Shown piece by piece: positions 62,182 to 64,000 of a stretch of DNA of 64,000 bases (position 1 is its first letter; every line of letters starts with the position of its first letter). The notes beneath the pieces are model-generated. The model was given only the letters and a program-made list of their open reading frames with translations, was not told the origin of the DNA and searched no databases. The stretch is from Octopus vulgaris (taxonomy: Eukaryota), in NCBI GenBank assembly GCA_951406725.2, contig OX597818.1, forward strand, positions 95,914,001 through 95,978,000. The letters run 5' to 3'. A program made the translations under genes and the position numbers.

Positions 62182-64000
62182 TTCTTCTATACAGCTTTAT
62201 TTTTCTCTCCCTCTGTGTTTCATAAACAATCAGTTTCATTTAACAAACACACTATTTTCTCTTATACACTGGTTTATTGTTCTCATTTTTACATATTCAT
62301 TTTTCAACATTAAAAAAATGAAGTCTAAATCAATCTATGCTCTGGCAGTATTTGAGCTTAGGATGAGGAAGATAACAATTAGTCCAGCTAAACTACTACC
62401 ATTTATTTTATCAACCCTGACCCATTAAAGTGAATCGCTCATTAACCATTCAATCTGCTTGGACAAGAGGTAAGCTACTGTTAATCTCTTTCTATATAAA
62501 AGTCTTTGTCTGCCTGTTCCCTATGCATTCTCAAACGGCTTCACCAAATCAAATTAGATTTTACAAGGTATTAGACCTTGTGAGTGTCAACATGTAATTT
62601 TTATTTTCATTTGGATTAAAACAATATAACATTTTATCTAAAATAATCTTTCTATAGTCAACTATAATAAAGGACATTTTATACCACAATAATGACGTCA
62701 CATTTTGTATATGAGTATGAATTTGCCTGTGAGTGCATGTGTGTTTGTGTGTTCATTATGTACCACACAGTAGAGGACATTTTATACCACGATGATGACA
62801 CATTTTGTATATGAGTAAGTGTTCATTCTCAATTGAGGCTCTGAGCCTCTTACAAACAATAAACTCAAAACACAAAACAAAACAACAGACTGAGGCATTA
62901 AACCTCTTACTTTAATGTTGATACACAATATGAGGCACTAAGCCTCTTAATTTTTCCGCCCCGCCATCACCTGACCAGGCTCAATGCCACACTCAAACAC
63001 CTCAATGGTGCTAGGTCGGGACTTTTCAGCAAAAAGCGAAATGTGTCCTCAGGGTAGGACTTTATTACCTCAAACAAGTTTTTTTCCCACACAACCTCTG
63101 CAGCTACCTGCAGAGGTCAATCAGGGTTCTTGATACAGGTACTAATTCCTTCCCATCGACCTTTTTTATTAAACTTTTTGATCATTTTTTGGATTTCCCC
63201 TCCCCTGTGGCACAGGACTACAAATTCCTCCCCCACATAGGGAGAGTCCTCAAATCCCCTCTTCGGTGGCACAACTCCCACCAAAGGGGTTTTTGGGACA
63301 TGCTGGCAGTGTACTAGCAACCGCCGTAATTCAACTAGTTGTAAATAAAATGGTAGAATCTGAGGAAACCAGTCAATGGTATTGCACTTTCAGATTACTC
63401 TTACTTCATCTTATATGATAGTTTGAAATGGTTGAAGTTAATATCATCTTCATCTCTATGATTTTTGATTATTTACATTTATTATTTAAATAATGGTTTC
63501 TAATTTAGATATATATGTATGTGTATGTGTATATGTTTGTCCCCCCAACATCACTTGACAACCGATGCTGGTGCGTTTACGTCCCCGTAACTTAGTGGTT
63601 CGGCAAAGGAGACCAATAGAATAAGTACTAGGCCTACAAAAAATAAGTCCTGGGGATTGATTTGCTTGACTAAAGGTGGTGCTCCAGCATGGCCACAAGT
63701 CAAATGACTGAAATAAGTAAAAGTTTGCAAATGTTGGGCAATTTTAGCCAATTGAAAGCCACAAACATATTGGTGCTCATTTCCATTGTAACAATTTAAG
63801 GTATAGTCTGCTTAAAACCCCAACCATATGCATTGTCTTTATCCATCTATTTTCTTTGACAAGTGCCTATTTTCTGAATGTTTGTACTACCTAAGTTTTG
63901 CCATATTCGTCTGTGGTCTTTTTCTTTTTTTTTTTTGAGAAACAAACAGATATTTTCGGTTGCTGTCCTGTTACTACCTTAATTTCATAATTTTGAAGTA

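Noticed and set aside
62930-63340. GC-richer island with a 67-aa ORF
   Set aside because: No recognisable motif or splice structure. It may be a decayed retroelement fragment, but this cannot be supported.

Overview
AT-rich, repeat-dominated eukaryotic (animal) genomic DNA. The SINE, RTE-tail and microsatellite landscape looks cephalopod (Octopus-like); this is an inference. Most listed ORFs are spurious microsatellite read-throughs. Probable host coding sequence is limited to a + strand terminal exon with two PPxY motifs (5562-5772) and a - strand 117-aa two-TM protein (39789-40142). The centrepiece is a very young, GC-rich 4260-bp LTR retrotransposon on the - strand (32821-37080). It has apparently identical 277-bp LTRs, a 5-bp TSD, gag, an intact PR-RT-RH-IN pol and a G GGA AAC slippery site with a pseudoknot, and it sits in the YSPDL motif of a decayed mariner. 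It lacks a canonical TGG primer-binding site. Instead, the 12 nt abutting the 5' LTR are exactly complementary to the first 12 nt of animal tRNA-Phe(GAA), suggesting priming by a 5' tRNA fragment. Other notable items are several independent minimal type-I hammerhead ribozyme motifs in Penelope-like or retrozyme-like elements (one in a tRNA-headed SINE inserted as a head-to-head inverted pair with a 12-bp TSD), a 119-bp inversion with swapped 8-bp TSDs between two Merlin-like MITEs, a ~600-bp near-perfect palindrome, and many nested mariner/Tc1, hAT, piggyBac, Helitron-type, LINE and SINE remnants. All alignments were made by eye, and boundaries of degenerate repeats are approximate.
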